This document shows positions 45,081-54,964 of a stretch of DNA of 64,000 bases, one piece after another. A model generated the notes under the pieces. That model saw nothing but the letters and a program-made list of their open reading frames with translations. It ran no database searches and was not told where the DNA came from. Position 1 is the stretch's first letter. Each line of letters opens with the position of its first letter. The stretch is from Patescibacteria group bacterium (GTDB taxonomy: Bacteria; Patescibacteriota; Minisyncoccia; Phycocordibacterales; UBA1550): contig JBBTWP010000005.1 in NCBI GenBank assembly GCA_038062675.1, forward strand, positions 43,844 through 107,843, read 5' to 3'. The position numbers and the translations under genes were made by a program.

Positions 45081-46947
45081 CCCCCTTCAAAATCGCTTTT
45101 AAAACATCTTCGGGAACTTCTTTTATTTCTGCGCGCCGTGGTTCTTCGGGTTTTGGTGTAGGTGCTGGTGTAGGTCGAGGCACAAATGGTGGAGGTGTGG
45201 GTGGTTTGCTTTTTGCAGGTTCCTGATCTTTGAGTACGCCGGCGAGCGCAGACTTGAGTGAATCCATATTTTTTTCACTGGGACCCTTTGTTGGTGCCGG
45301 TGGAATCGCTCCCTTTTCAACTGTTTTTTGGGCAAGAGTGGAAAGAGGAGCACGTGGTGCAGGCGCAGGTGTTTGGCGAGGGGTAGGAGTACTAGTTACC
45401 ACTGGTTCTCGTGCAAGCTCTTTAAATGCCTGTGCAAAAGGTTTTTCAGCTTGTGGTAGTTCTTCTCGTTTTGAGGGAGGTGGAGTTTGATACGTTGATT
45501 TTTGCGGAGAGGATGTCGACAATACCGCAGGTGCATCGGTAGCACGCCGACCATACGAAGGGTTGGCCCCAACAGCGACAGCCCCTTGAGGAGGGCGCAC
45601 AGGAACTGGTTGAGGAGAGGAGGGTGTTGCTGGAGAAATCGAACCACCTCCCTCTGCATACCATTTTGCAATCGCATCTTCGATCAGTGGACGGGGGTGA
45701 CCATAGAGCAAACGCGAGGATTCAATAACTGCTTGTTTGCTTGATTTTGCTGGAGGTGCAATCGGACCCATAGTGACAGAGGAAAACGGATGCGACGCCA
45801 CGCCGTCAATCATGAGCTTTAAATATATTTGCGTAAACCCAAGACTCACCATGTCCTCCGCCGTAAAGACCGGCGCATATTCTTTTTCAAGCATCTCTGC
45901 ATCGGGCGCACCAACGCGAAACATAATCTGCGTCCCGACGTTGCCAAAAATAGCATCGGCGACTTTTTCATCCATCTGCTTGATATACTGATGTGCAACC
46001 ACGAGCGCAAGTTTGTATTTTCGCGCTTCAGACAAAATGTCGGCAAAAGATTCGTTGGCAAACGACTGAAACTCATCCACATACATATAAAAATTGGGGA
46101 GTTTTTTCAGGTCACTCTCCACCAAGTCTGCGCGTGACATCGCCGCAAGATAAATCTTGGTAATAATCATACCTCCCAAAAGATTTGCATTCCCTTCACC
46201 AAGTTGTCCTTTGGAAAGATTCACAATGAGAATCTTTCTCTCATCCATCATCTTACGCAAGTCGAAACTTGAATGGGGCTGTCCGATGATATTTCGGATG
46301 AGCGGATTTGAGGTAAATTGCCCCAACTTGTTTTGAATACCCGGGACGGCATCCTTTGCATAGTTCTCACTATATTTTGCAAATTCGTCAACCCAATATG
46401 CCTTCACCGATGGGTCTTTCACGTTGTCAACAACTTTCTTGCGGTACACTTTATCGGTGAGCAATCGACTTACACCCAGAAGCGTTGACTCCGGATACTC
46501 GAGAAGTGCAAGGAGTGAATTCATGAGAATATATTCCATGCGTGCTGAAAAAGTCTCCGGACCCCAAATCTTTTTGAACGCAGACAAAAGCCCGTTGGCG
46601 ATGAGGTGACGCTTGTCAGGACCCACGTCCTCCATTACGTTGAAAGAGACCGGGTTGTCGGTATCAAACGGCGCAAAATAAACAACGTCCTTTACGCGCT
46701 CTGGTGGAATATAATCCAAAATCATCGCGGCGGATTTGCCGTGCGGGTCGATGAACGCAAACCCTTCCCCATTTCTAATATCCTGCACCACCATGTTCTC
46801 AATCAGTGTAGACTTTCCCATCCCCGTCTTGCCAATGATGTACATGTGGCGCGTGCGGTCTTCGGCTTTGATGCCAAACGGGATGCGCTTGTTGCGCCGA
46901 TCCGTCTCCGCAAAATACGTTATGCGATTTTTATCGTAGAGATACAT
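45073..46947 (-). CDS. TraD/VirD4-like (T4SS-DNA-transfer-type) P-loop ATPase with long Pro-rich C-terminal tail
   Basis: Walker A YIIGKTGMGKSTLIENM plus the FIDPHG motif typical of type IV coupling-protein-like ATPases. Walker B LVVAHQ. The C-terminal ~230 aa are P/T/A-rich low complexity (PPTPPPFVPRPTPAPTPKPEEP). Confidence 0.7.
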   Translation of the reverse strand: MYLYDKNRITYFAETDRRNKRIPFGIKAEDRTRHMYIIGKTGMGKSTLIENMVVQDIRNGEGFAFIDPHGKSAAMILDYIPPERVKDVVYFAPFDTDNPVSFNVMEDVGPDKRHLIANGLLSAFKKIWGPETFSARMEYILMNSLLALLEYPESTLLGVSRLLTDKVYRKKVVDNVKDPSVKAYWVDEFAKYSENYAKDAVPGIQNKLGQFTSNPLIRNIIGQPHSSFDLRKMMDERKILIVNLSKGQLGEGNANLLGGMIITKIYLAAMSRADLVESDLKKLPNFYMYVDEFQSFANESFADILSEARKYKLALVVAHQYIKQMDEKVADAIFGNVGTQIMFRVGAPDAEMLEKEYAPVFTAEDMVSLGFTQIYLKLMIDGVASHPFSSVTMGPIAPPAKSSKQAVIESSRLLYGHPRPLIEDAIAKWYAEGGGSISPATPSSPQPVPVRPPQGAVAVGANPSYGRRATDAPAVLSTSSPQKSTYQTPPPSKREELPQAEKPFAQAFKELAREPVVTSTPTPRQTPAPAPRAPLSTLAQKTVEKGAIPPAPTKGPSEKNMDSLKSALAGVLKDQEPAKSKPPTPPPFVPRPTPAPTPKPEEPRRAEIKEVPEDVLKAILKGDE

Positions 46948-47074
46948 TGGTTCTATTGTATCACGACCTAAACAAAAAATCGCGCTGGAGGCGCTATTTT
47001 TTGTTTAGGCTGGGCTGAATGGCGGATTCAACCCACCAACGCAACACCTTGTTGGCATCTGTGTCATATTTTCA

Positions 47075-47623
47075 CTAAAACAAAATCTCTACGAGCAACG
47101 AAATTGCGAGATATGTAAGAGGAAAAACAAAAGCGACAAATAAGACTATGTACGATAATCTTCCTATTTTTTTATTCGTGTCCGCAGAAATATTAGGTTC
47201 GAGGTGAGCAGGCCAGAAAAAATAAGCAAATATGGAAGATATGATGCAGAGAAAAAAAGCACCGTAAAGATACACTATGCCGAGACTCCATGCCAAAGAT
47301 TCATTCGGGTCGGAAGATGAAGAAGCTAAAAATAAGAATAAGAGAAAGAGTATGTCAAGAAATAAAGTCACATATCCAATACTTAAAAAACTATTTTTTG
47401 ATCCATATTTTTTTGCAAAATAAAAAGGAGGAACAGTGCATGCGATAAATCCTCCGATTGGTAAAATCAGGTTAAAACCAGAAGTTAGAAAGAGTGTTGT
47501 TAGGATTGAGGAGATCCCCAACACATACCAAAAACTTTTTGAGCCAAGTCCTCTTTGTCCATTATTTGATTCCACAATGAATACATCATACCTGAAACGC
47601 CCCGCAGGCGCAATATTTTGCAT
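47075..47623 (-). CDS. hypothetical polytopic membrane protein
   Basis: 182 aa with 4-5 hydrophobic helices and no recognised motif. Confidence 0.5.
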   Translation of the reverse strand: MQNIAPAGRFRYDVFIVESNNGQRGLGSKSFWYVLGISSILTTLFLTSGFNLILPIGGFIACTVPPFYFAKKYGSKNSFLSIGYVTLFLDILFLLFLFLASSSSDPNESLAWSLGIVYLYGAFFLCIISSIFAYFFWPAHLEPNISADTNKKIGRLSYIVLFVAFVFPLTYLAISLLVEILF

Positions 47624-47646
47624 GACACATTTCGTATAGCAAAACT

Positions 47647-48810
47647 CTATTTCAAAAGCGCTGCGGGTGTGTACCTATTGTTCGGATCCCAGAGCATCCA
47701 GCTCGTCAATCCGGAGTCGTAGGTTGCCTGAATTTGTGCGCGAACTTCTACTGCACCATAGTCTCCGCCGTAATCAAAATCTTGAAGCCATGGGCGAAGC
47801 TTGAGCGGTGTGGTGGAAGCAACCTTTGCGCGCGCGACGGCTTTGTCCATTGAATATTTTATGACCCCGTACACATGTTCGTTCGGATTCGCCCAGCCAT
47901 TAAAATTCGGCGGATAATGTGATGGGTAAACCATGGGCGCAACGTAGTCAAAATGGCGGAGTGCCGGCTCAAGGACTTGTCCAATATTCAAATCATCAGT
48001 GTTTGTCGTTGTCATGCCGAACAAATCCGCTGAAATGACGGCGCCGGACGGCTTTACCTCTTCCTCAAGGTAAGCAAAAAACTTTTCAAGGGCGACTGAC
48101 TTTGTGGTGGTTGCCGTCCATGGATACGCAATGTCTTTCATGTTGCCATCTGAAGGAAACCGAATGTAGTCAAAATTGATTTCATCAAAACCAATTGCGT
48201 ATGCATCTTGAGCAAGAGCGCTAACGTACTCCCAGTAGGGTTTTGCACTCACATCAATAAACGAGAGTCCTTTGCGGTCCTTCCAAATACCACCATCACT
48301 TTTGCGTTTTACCGCAAGTTCGGGATGCGCATGCGTATAGAGAGGGTCTTGAAATACCGTCACGCGTGCAATGACATAGATACCCTTTTCATGAAGTGTT
48401 GCAACAAAAGCCTGCATATCAGCAACGCGACAACCAGCCACTTTTTCCTGCACTAACTTCGGAACAACTGAGCGATACGCAATGGTTCCAGAATAATCTT
48501 TCACGTCAATCATAACTGCGTTTAACTCTGTCGTTTCGATGAGATGCACTAATTTTGCACGAAGTGACGGAGCACTCGCATAACATGCGGACATGTAGAC
48601 CGCCTTGAGAGGTTCGGGAGTTTGTATGTGTGTCACAATTATTTTTGGGAGAGCTAAGGTCGTGCTTGCCATTTCAGTTTGTACACCGACTTTATCACTT
48701 AGTGGATAATACGTCACGGGGAAAAGTACTGGAACGGCAAAATAAAAGGCGGAAAAAGTTCCGACCGAAAGAGCTCCCGTAATAAATACTGTTTTCTTTA
48801 ACTGCATCAT
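47647..48810 (-). CDS. membrane-anchored putative glycoside-hydrolase-like (GHL/DUF4015-type TIM-barrel) protein
   Basis: N-terminal TM segment. A TIM-barrel-like region carries INFDYIRFPSDGN, resembling the GHL family motif. About 50% GC. Confidence 0.6.
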   Translation of the reverse strand: MMQLKKTVFITGALSVGTFSAFYFAVPVLFPVTYYPLSDKVGVQTEMASTTLALPKIIVTHIQTPEPLKAVYMSACYASAPSLRAKLVHLIETTELNAVMIDVKDYSGTIAYRSVVPKLVQEKVAGCRVADMQAFVATLHEKGIYVIARVTVFQDPLYTHAHPELAVKRKSDGGIWKDRKGLSFIDVSAKPYWEYVSALAQDAYAIGFDEINFDYIRFPSDGNMKDIAYPWTATTTKSVALEKFFAYLEEEVKPSGAVISADLFGMTTTNTDDLNIGQVLEPALRHFDYVAPMVYPSHYPPNFNGWANPNEHVYGVIKYSMDKAVARAKVASTTPLKLRPWLQDFDYGGDYGAVEVRAQIQATYDSGLTSWMLWDPNNRYTPAALLK

Positions 48811-49049
48811 TCCATCGATTTAATTTCGCGTGAAAATAAACTTGGCGGTTTTTCATCGAGCGCTCGACCAGCATCATCAATGAGCTTTTTGCAATTGCTA
48901 CAATAAATAACAGATGAAAAATAAGCGAGAGTCGCAATAGAGAGACCGCTCACCACAAAAAGCGCCGTGCGAAACCAACCGGGGAATCCCAGAAACGGCA
49001 AGACCGCCATAAATATCGCCAAGAAGATTATCGCTGCGTGTTTTGACAT
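48807..49049 (-). CDS. small hypothetical membrane protein
   Basis: 80 aa with two hydrophobic helices and a CxxC (CSNC). ATGA-type overlap with the downstream gene. Confidence 0.45.
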   Translation of the reverse strand: MSKHAAIIFLAIFMAVLPFLGFPGWFRTALFVVSGLSIATLAYFSSVIYCSNCKKLIDDAGRALDEKPPSLFSREIKSME

Positions 49050-49111
49050 ATGATTAGTATACTCGTTTATTAGAATTTTTCAAAATACCTTAAAAATCAC
49101 CTTCCGTCATA

Positions 49112-49162
49112 CAGCCAACACCAGAAAACCCGCCTTTTTGGCGGGTTTTCTGGTGTTGGCTG
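49112..49162. terminator. strong bidirectional intrinsic terminator
   Basis: 23-bp perfect inverted repeat cagccaacaccagaaaacccgcc-tttttg-ggcgggttttctggtgttggctg. The core is a GC stem with flanking A-run and T-run. Confidence 0.85.
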
Positions 49163-49188
49163 TTCAAATAGAGAATATGTATTTTTAA

Positions 49189-49521
49189 TTACAGAGAAGA
49201 TGAAACGTCTGCAAGTCCGGCATCTAGATCAGAAAAATCGGTTGCTTGTAAATCTTTTTCAATTTCCAAAATGTCAGTTGAAGCTCCTTGTTCCGAGAGT
49301 GCGGAGAGCGTCGCGTCAGTGGTCATCGTTCCCGCATTAACTTGTTGCTCCATAACTGCAGGCTGTTCCATTATAGATTTTTTAGAATCCATAAAAACAT
49401 ATACCGCTCCGGCAATAAGTACCAGTACCACAATAACAATACCCACCAATGGCCCTACTGACTTCTTTTCTTCGGGCATTCCACCCATGTTCATATTTTG
49501 ATCCATAATGAATGTGTACAA
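49189..49521 (-). CDS. small hypothetical membrane-anchored protein
   Basis: 110 aa with one TM helix (LVGIVIVVLVLIAGAVYVF) and an acidic C-terminus. Confidence 0.45.
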   Translation of the reverse strand: MYTFIMDQNMNMGGMPEEKKSVGPLVGIVIVVLVLIAGAVYVFMDSKKSIMEQPAVMEQQVNAGTMTTDATLSALSEQGASTDILEIEKDLQATDFSDLDAGLADVSSSL

Positions 49522-49529
49522 ATTAACGA

Positions 49530-50303
49530 TTATTGATTCGATGTGCTTGTTGCAGTACTTGTTGGCGTTGTGGTGGCACGAAGCTTGTTGACGCCCGGCT
49601 TCACAGAAGCAATCGCCTCAGCTACACTACGATGCGCTCCTTGAATACTCTTGATTGCTTCTTTTACCAAAGCTTCAACTTTCTTCATTTCTTCGCGAGG
49701 TGCCTCACTTGCGAGAGCGGCAAGAGTAGCTGTTTTTACTTGAGCAACTTTCACACGCGCTGCATCAAGTTTTACCTTTGCGTCAGCAAGTTTTGCGCGA
49801 GCGACAGCAACATTGATTCCTTGCGTGGTAAGTTTATCGAGTGACATTCCTACGCGATCAGCAAGTTTCTGCACGCGTGCAATTGCCGCATCCAAACGAG
49901 CCCCAACGAGCTCTGCATGTTTCTTTGCAATCTCGAGGCGTTTCTCTTTAAATCCGTCTCTCATTTGTCCACGTGCTTCCGTGGTAGATGCCCGACGATT
50001 TTTCATATCATCACGCATATCTCCGCGCGCCTCAGTGGTCGAAGCACGAAGATTTTTAATATCTCCACGCATGTTTTCACGCGCCGCTGTCGTAGATGCG
50101 AGAGTTGCTTTTGCATCCATGCGCACTTCTTTGCGTGCTTCATTTATTTCTTTGCGCGCTTCGGCAGTAGGACGAGGAACTGGGCGAGTATCGTTCTGCT
50201 CCATGGCTGGAACAATAGCGACAAGATTTCTTGTGTCCGCACTTGCCGAAAAAGCACCGAATGCGAGCAACGTAACAAGAGCGATATTTATTTTCTGATA
50301 CAT
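49530..50303 (-). CDS. secreted coiled-coil protein with three 18-aa tandem repeats
   Basis: The start is placed at ATG 50303 (MYQKINIALVTLLAFGAFSASA, a signal peptide). Repeats are ASTTAARENMRGDIKNLR, ASTTEARGDMRDDMKNRR and ASTTEARGQMRDGFKEKR. The rest is Ala/Lys-rich coiled coil, with a C-terminal Thr/Ser-rich tail. Confidence 0.65.
   Translation of the reverse strand: MYQKINIALVTLLAFGAFSASADTRNLVAIVPAMEQNDTRPVPRPTAEARKEINEARKEVRMDAKATLASTTAARENMRGDIKNLRASTTEARGDMRDDMKNRRASTTEARGQMRDGFKEKRLEIAKKHAELVGARLDAAIARVQKLADRVGMSLDKLTTQGINVAVARAKLADAKVKLDAARVKVAQVKTATLAALASEAPREEMKKVEALVKEAIKSIQGAHRSVAEAIASVKPGVNKLRATTTPTSTATSTSNQ
49938..50099. repeat. 3 x 54-bp in-frame tandem repeat inside CDS
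   Basis: Encodes the three 18-aa ASTT(A/E)AR..MR....R units of the 49530-50303 protein. Confidence 0.8.
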
Positions 50304-50475
50304 AACGAATAATAATTTAATTGCAATATCGCCCTCAACGAGAGACGACAAAAACAACACCAACGACTAATAAAGCGCACATTTCATCTGATACCCATCA
50401 AGTATAGCAAACGACTCAACTCACGCAAGAGCACCCCCTCAAAAAAAGAGCTTTCGCGCAACAAACAAAAGCCCT

Positions 50476-51162
50476 TTAGGCAACCGGCTCAACAATTACC
50501 ACAAACTCTCCTCGGATACGATCGGGGTTTTGAGTAAAATGTGCCTGCACCTCAGAAACCGTTCCTCGCACAAATTCTTCATAAATTTTTGTGAGTTCGC
50601 GCGCAACAATCACCTTGCGTTCTGCCCCACAAAATTTTTCAAGCGATGCAAGCGTCTTTTCAATACGATGCGGAGATTCATAAAAAACAATCGTGCGTTC
50701 TGCATCTCTAATTTCTTTAAAAAGTGTTTCGCGCCCTTTTTTGTGAGGAAAGAATCCGAGGAATGTAAACTCTGCAACAGAAATTCCAGCAGCGGAGAGA
50801 GCAGTGACAAGCGCCGACGGACCCGGAATGGGAACGATTGCGACCGCATCCCCAAACTTTTCTCGCACTTGAGAAACGAGAAGTACTCCCGGATCAGAAA
50901 TACATGGCGTGCCCGCATCGGACACAAGCGCCAAATTTTTTCCCTCTTCGAGCAGACCGAATATTTTTTCTACTTTGGTAAACTTCGATTGTGTGTGATA
51001 GCTCAAGGTCGGGGTCGTGATCTCATATTTTGAAAGCAAACGATGAGTAACCCGCGTATCTTCACACAAAACAACATCAACTTCCTTGAGCACGCGAAGT
51101 GCCCGCAAGGTAACATCCTCGAGATTGCCGATTGGTGTGCCAATAATAAAAAGTGTTGCCAT
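50476..51162 (-). CDS. rsmI: 16S rRNA (cytidine1402-2'-O)-methyltransferase RsmI
   Basis: LFIIGTPIGNLEDVTLRALRVLKEVDVVLCEDTR is the tetrapyrrole-methylase-fold RsmI signature. Confidence 0.9.
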   Translation of the reverse strand: MATLFIIGTPIGNLEDVTLRALRVLKEVDVVLCEDTRVTHRLLSKYEITTPTLSYHTQSKFTKVEKIFGLLEEGKNLALVSDAGTPCISDPGVLLVSQVREKFGDAVAIVPIPGPSALVTALSAAGISVAEFTFLGFFPHKKGRETLFKEIRDAERTIVFYESPHRIEKTLASLEKFCGAERKVIVARELTKIYEEFVRGTVSEVQAHFTQNPDRIRGEFVVIVEPVA

Positions 51163-51167
51163 GATTG

Positions 51168-52472
51168 TTACACAGAGTCCGAAACAAGCGCCTCCCCTAC
51201 TTTGTAAATATCCCCTGCTCCCATAGTGACCATAATATCACCTTTTTGCACGGTTTTCCTCAAATACGTTTCGATAGCAGGAAAATCGCCACCAAAGCGC
51301 ACACTGTTGTGATGCTCCGAAATAACCCTCACTAATGTTTCTGCACTTATTTCAGGATCCGGCTTTTCGCGAGCTGCATAAATAGGTGCCACAATCACCT
51401 CATCGGCATCGCTAAAACTTTGCGCAAAATCATTGAGCAAAAGTTTTGTCCGTGAATACAGGTGAGGCTGAAACACAATACGAATACGCCCAACAGGATA
51501 CCGTGCACGAAAACCCTGCAGGGTCGCGCGAACTTCTGTTGGATGGTGTGCGTAGTCATCATACACCAAAGCCCCCGACGGGGTCTCCCCTTTGTACTCC
51601 ATACGTCGCCACGTGCCTTCAAACATTGACAAAGATTTCATTGCGTCTTTTTCTGAAACATCAAGCAATCGCGCAACCGCAAGCGCCGCTTGAGCATTTT
51701 TTTTGTTGTGTTCTCCGGAAACAGCGAGTGGCAACATGAGAACTCCTTTTGTATAATCAACGACACGCGCGACAGCCCATTGAAGAATAGGTGCGACCAA
51801 TGGATCATTCGGATTGCAAACGATCATGCCCGTCGTGGGTACTTTTTCAGCCAACTCTGTAAATGCTTTCTGCACACCTTCAATCGTTCCATAATAATCC
51901 AGATGATCATTGTCGATATTCGTAATAACCAAAATCTCTGGAGAAAGACTCAGGAATGACCGCTTGTACTCACACGCCTCAACCACAAAAAGATTGCTGA
52001 CGCCCCCAATAAAATTTGAACCTGAACCTTTAAGAAGACTCCCCACGATAACGGTGGGGCTGCGCTTTGCCCCCACCAGCACCCCCGCGATCATGGCTGT
52101 GGTCGTCGTTTTGCCATGCGTCCCCGAAATGGCAATGGTACGCATTCCCTGAGAAATCTTCCCGAGCGCCTCGGGATATGAATACGTCAAAACTCCCCGC
52201 TCGCGCGCCATAAGGAGTTCGGGATTGTCGTCCGCTATCGCCGGCGAATACACCACAAGGTCAAGTTCCTCCGGAAGATGTTTTTGTTCATGACTGAAAA
52301 AAACTTTCGCACCTTCCATTTCAAGTTTTTCTGTTATGAGTGACGAGGTGCGATCGGAACCACTCACCGAAATCCCCCGCGCAAGCATAAGTCGAACCAA
52401 AGCAGAGACGCCAATGCCGCCAATGCCAATAAAATGAGCCCTATGGATACTATCGAGAAATGTTTGATTCAT
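51168..52472 (-). CDS. murC: UDP-N-acetylmuramate--L-alanine ligase MurC
   Basis: HFIGIGGIGVSALVRLMLARGISVSGSD is the MurC N-terminal domain. P-loop ISGTHGKTTTTAMIAGVL is the Mur ligase centre. C-terminal domain follows. Confidence 0.92.
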   Translation of the reverse strand: MNQTFLDSIHRAHFIGIGGIGVSALVRLMLARGISVSGSDRTSSLITEKLEMEGAKVFFSHEQKHLPEELDLVVYSPAIADDNPELLMARERGVLTYSYPEALGKISQGMRTIAISGTHGKTTTTAMIAGVLVGAKRSPTVIVGSLLKGSGSNFIGGVSNLFVVEACEYKRSFLSLSPEILVITNIDNDHLDYYGTIEGVQKAFTELAEKVPTTGMIVCNPNDPLVAPILQWAVARVVDYTKGVLMLPLAVSGEHNKKNAQAALAVARLLDVSEKDAMKSLSMFEGTWRRMEYKGETPSGALVYDDYAHHPTEVRATLQGFRARYPVGRIRIVFQPHLYSRTKLLLNDFAQSFSDADEVIVAPIYAAREKPDPEISAETLVRVISEHHNSVRFGGDFPAIETYLRKTVQKGDIMVTMGAGDIYKVGEALVSDSV

Positions 52473-53157
52473 GTTGTATATTCAAAAGTGCTTCTTCTGC
52501 GCGTTCTATATCTTCTGGGTATGCAATGGGCATCCAAAAACTACTTTCGACTGCATGCGTTGGATTGTCACGCACAAAACCAGCAATCATGTCAGTCAGA
52601 TAATACTCACCATTTTTTTGATCCGCAATATCATAATCAAAAATCCCAAAAGGCAAAATGTAGACTCCGACCGCCGCAAGATTTGACCTCGGATGTGTCG
52701 GCTTCTCTTCGATATCACGTATGGTACCGTCATCTTTTTTAACCACCACCCCGAAACGGCGAGGGTCTTCTACTGATGACACCAGTAAAGCAGCCTCGTA
52801 CGCGCAGCATTTCAAAATTGCCATTTTGTCATGCAGATCATCTGCATACATTACAATAAATTTTTCCTCCCGTGCGAGATATTCACGACAAAGATTGACA
52901 GCATGTCCTGTTCCTTTTGGTTCATCTTGCTCTACGTACGTGACCCGTTTGCCCAAAAATTTTTCACCCAAAAATTCACGTATTAAATCACTTTTGTATC
53001 CCACCACCACAATCACCTCATCGACCACATCAGGGAGAACCTCCCATGCATGCTGAATAAGTGGCTTGTCCAAAACCTTCACCAAAGGTTTTGGGATTTC
53101 AAGAGTAAGCGGGTGTAAGCGCTTCCCTTCCCCTGCTGCAAGAATAATAGCTTTCAT
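52450..53157 (-). CDS. sugar-phosphate nucleotidyltransferase (NTP_transferase family)
   Basis: MKAIILAAGEGKRLHPLTLEIPKPLV gives the G-x-G-x-R-L P-loop. The YVEQDEPKGTGHAV segment matches the sugar-nucleotidyltransferase signature. 23-nt overlap with murC. Confidence 0.85.
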   Translation of the reverse strand: MKAIILAAGEGKRLHPLTLEIPKPLVKVLDKPLIQHAWEVLPDVVDEVIVVVGYKSDLIREFLGEKFLGKRVTYVEQDEPKGTGHAVNLCREYLAREEKFIVMYADDLHDKMAILKCCAYEAALLVSSVEDPRRFGVVVKKDDGTIRDIEEKPTHPRSNLAAVGVYILPFGIFDYDIADQKNGEYYLTDMIAGFVRDNPTHAVESSFWMPIAYPEDIERAEEALLNIQHESNISR

Positions 53158-53217
53158 GAGAATATGGTGCCCATCATAACAAAAAAACAGAGAAAGAGAC
53201 AGTCTTCACAAAAGTAG

Positions 53218-54573
53218 TTAAGTGAGTTTTTTCACAAGCGCAACAAACTGATCACCACGATCAAATTCATTTTTAAATACGCCAAAACTTGCCGTGCCTG
53301 GGGAAAGAAGAACGATGTCTCCTTTCTGGGCGTTATGCTGCGCTAGTTGGATCGCCTCTGCCATACTCCCCGCAATAAAAAACGGGTATTTTTTATTCAT
53401 TGAAAGCGCAGCGGCTATTTTGTCGGTACCCGCACCTTTAAATAAAATAAGTGCTTTTACTGTTTTATTTATCCGTTGCGCCATCGGGCGATAGTCGAGC
53501 TGTTTATCGGCACCCCCCGCAAGCAAGATAACATTTTTTGCTTTTTTATCAGAAAACACATCAAGCGCCGCAAACAACCCCGCAGGGCTTGTTGCCGTTG
53601 TGTCGTTTATGTACTGAACCGCACGCACTGTCCGCACCAACTCCTGTCGCCCCGGCACACCCATAAACGTTTCTACCCCACGCTTGATATCTTTTTCCAA
53701 AATCCCCAAGGCTCGACACGCTTCCATGGCACAAGCAATATTTGCGAGGTTATGTTCACCGAGAATTTTTATCTTCCACGTTTTTGGCACGACACTTTTT
53801 CGTGCAACCTGTACTTCACTTTTTATGTTTCCCTTAAACCTCAATTTAATCTCCCCTGCTGCCTGCTCTCCCGCAATAAGAATTTCACCTTTTTTTTGAT
53901 ATTTAAAAATGTTCGCTTTATCGCGGAAATACCAATCCATGCGCCCTTGATAATAATTCATATGGTCAGGAAAAAAATTCGTAAACACAGAGATATGCGG
54001 AGAAATTTTTGCATCACCAAAACCCTGAAGTTTCCATGAATCAAGTTCCATTACCATAATGTCGCCTTTTCGCACTTTGCCCAAAAGTGGCAGTGTGGCT
54101 TTTCCTCTCACATTACCACCCAAAAATACCGACCTTCCTGCCTGTTCTAATATGTGATGAATTAAACCTGTCACCGTAGACTTCCCCCGTGTTCCCGTAA
54201 CACCCACGACAGTTACCTCGGGTGCAAGTTTCAAAAAGAGAGTTTCATCTGTTCTAACCTCAATATGATTTTGTTTCGCCTCCGCTACGTATTTTGATCC
54301 AAGAGGAAGACCTGCTGCCCGAACAATAATATCTTTTTCTTTAAAATCTTGAAGTCGGTGCCCACCAAGAGCGAATGAAATATTATCGTACTTTTTCAGA
54401 CGCAAAACACTCTGTTGCAACATCTTTTCATCTTTTAAATCGGTAACGATGACTTCCGCTCCATGTTGAGCAAGAAATAGAGCATCTTGAACCCCCCGCC
54501 CTTCGGGGTCGATCCCCATGACGGTAATTCTTTTTCCTTTCAAAAAAGTTTTGTAGTTTTCGCCAGACATCAT
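53218..54573 (-). CDS. murD: UDP-N-acetylmuramoylalanine--D-glutamate ligase MurD
   Basis: Rossmann-like N-domain (ITVMGIDPEGRGVQDALFLAQHGAEVIVTD). Mur ligase P-loop VGVTGTRGKSTVTGLI. The start is set at ATG 54573 to avoid running into the tRNA-Ile gene; track start 54657 is an alternative. Confidence 0.88.
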   Translation of the reverse strand: MMSGENYKTFLKGKRITVMGIDPEGRGVQDALFLAQHGAEVIVTDLKDEKMLQQSVLRLKKYDNISFALGGHRLQDFKEKDIIVRAAGLPLGSKYVAEAKQNHIEVRTDETLFLKLAPEVTVVGVTGTRGKSTVTGLIHHILEQAGRSVFLGGNVRGKATLPLLGKVRKGDIMVMELDSWKLQGFGDAKISPHISVFTNFFPDHMNYYQGRMDWYFRDKANIFKYQKKGEILIAGEQAAGEIKLRFKGNIKSEVQVARKSVVPKTWKIKILGEHNLANIACAMEACRALGILEKDIKRGVETFMGVPGRQELVRTVRAVQYINDTTATSPAGLFAALDVFSDKKAKNVILLAGGADKQLDYRPMAQRINKTVKALILFKGAGTDKIAAALSMNKKYPFFIAGSMAEAIQLAQHNAQKGDIVLLSPGTASFGVFKNEFDRGDQFVALVKKLT

Positions 54574-54658
54574 ATGGGATAGATTGTACCATATCAGGAC
54601 TTTAAAAAACCTCTTGTAAGAAAGCCCATTTTCTGATATATTCTCAAAGTGTTCCATT

Positions 54659-54732
54659 GCGCGTGTAGCTCAGGTGGTTAGAGCGCGTCACTGATAATGA
54701 CGAGGTCCCAGGTTCGAGTCCTGGCATGCGCA
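54659..54732 (+). tRNA. tRNA-Ile (anticodon GAT)
   Basis: GCGCGTGTAGCTCAGGTGGTTAGAGCGCGTCACTGATAATGACGAGGTCCCAGGTTCGAGTCCTGGCATGCGCA folds as a cloverleaf: 7-bp acceptor, D-arm AGCTCAGGTGGTTAGAGC, anticodon loop CTGATAA, T-arm CCAGG-TTCGAGT-CCTGG. No encoded CCA. Confidence 0.93.
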
Positions 54733-54964
54733 CAAAGTTTTAACAACAACCGCTATTTGTCAGGTGGTTGATTGGGGGAAAGATGCGAGCGCTCCTTTCA
54801 CCCTAATATGGAGTACCATATATTCTGCCATCGCTCGGGAATGAAAGTAGCTACTTTCATTTCGCTCGCTCTGTTGAATATAATGACGAGGTTAAAGGCT
54901 TCGAGTGCCTTCCTTGTGCACCAAATTTTGAGGCGAGCAAAACACAAGAACTCAGCACAACCAC

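Noticed and set aside
46948-47074. Weak hairpin aaaaaatcgcgctggaggcgctatttttt as terminator
   Set aside because: The stem is only 3-4 bp GC with a poor match. The location is plausible but the evidence is too weak to call.
53476-54039. 187-aa + strand ORF
   Set aside because: Antisense within murD and Arg/Cys-rich junk translation.
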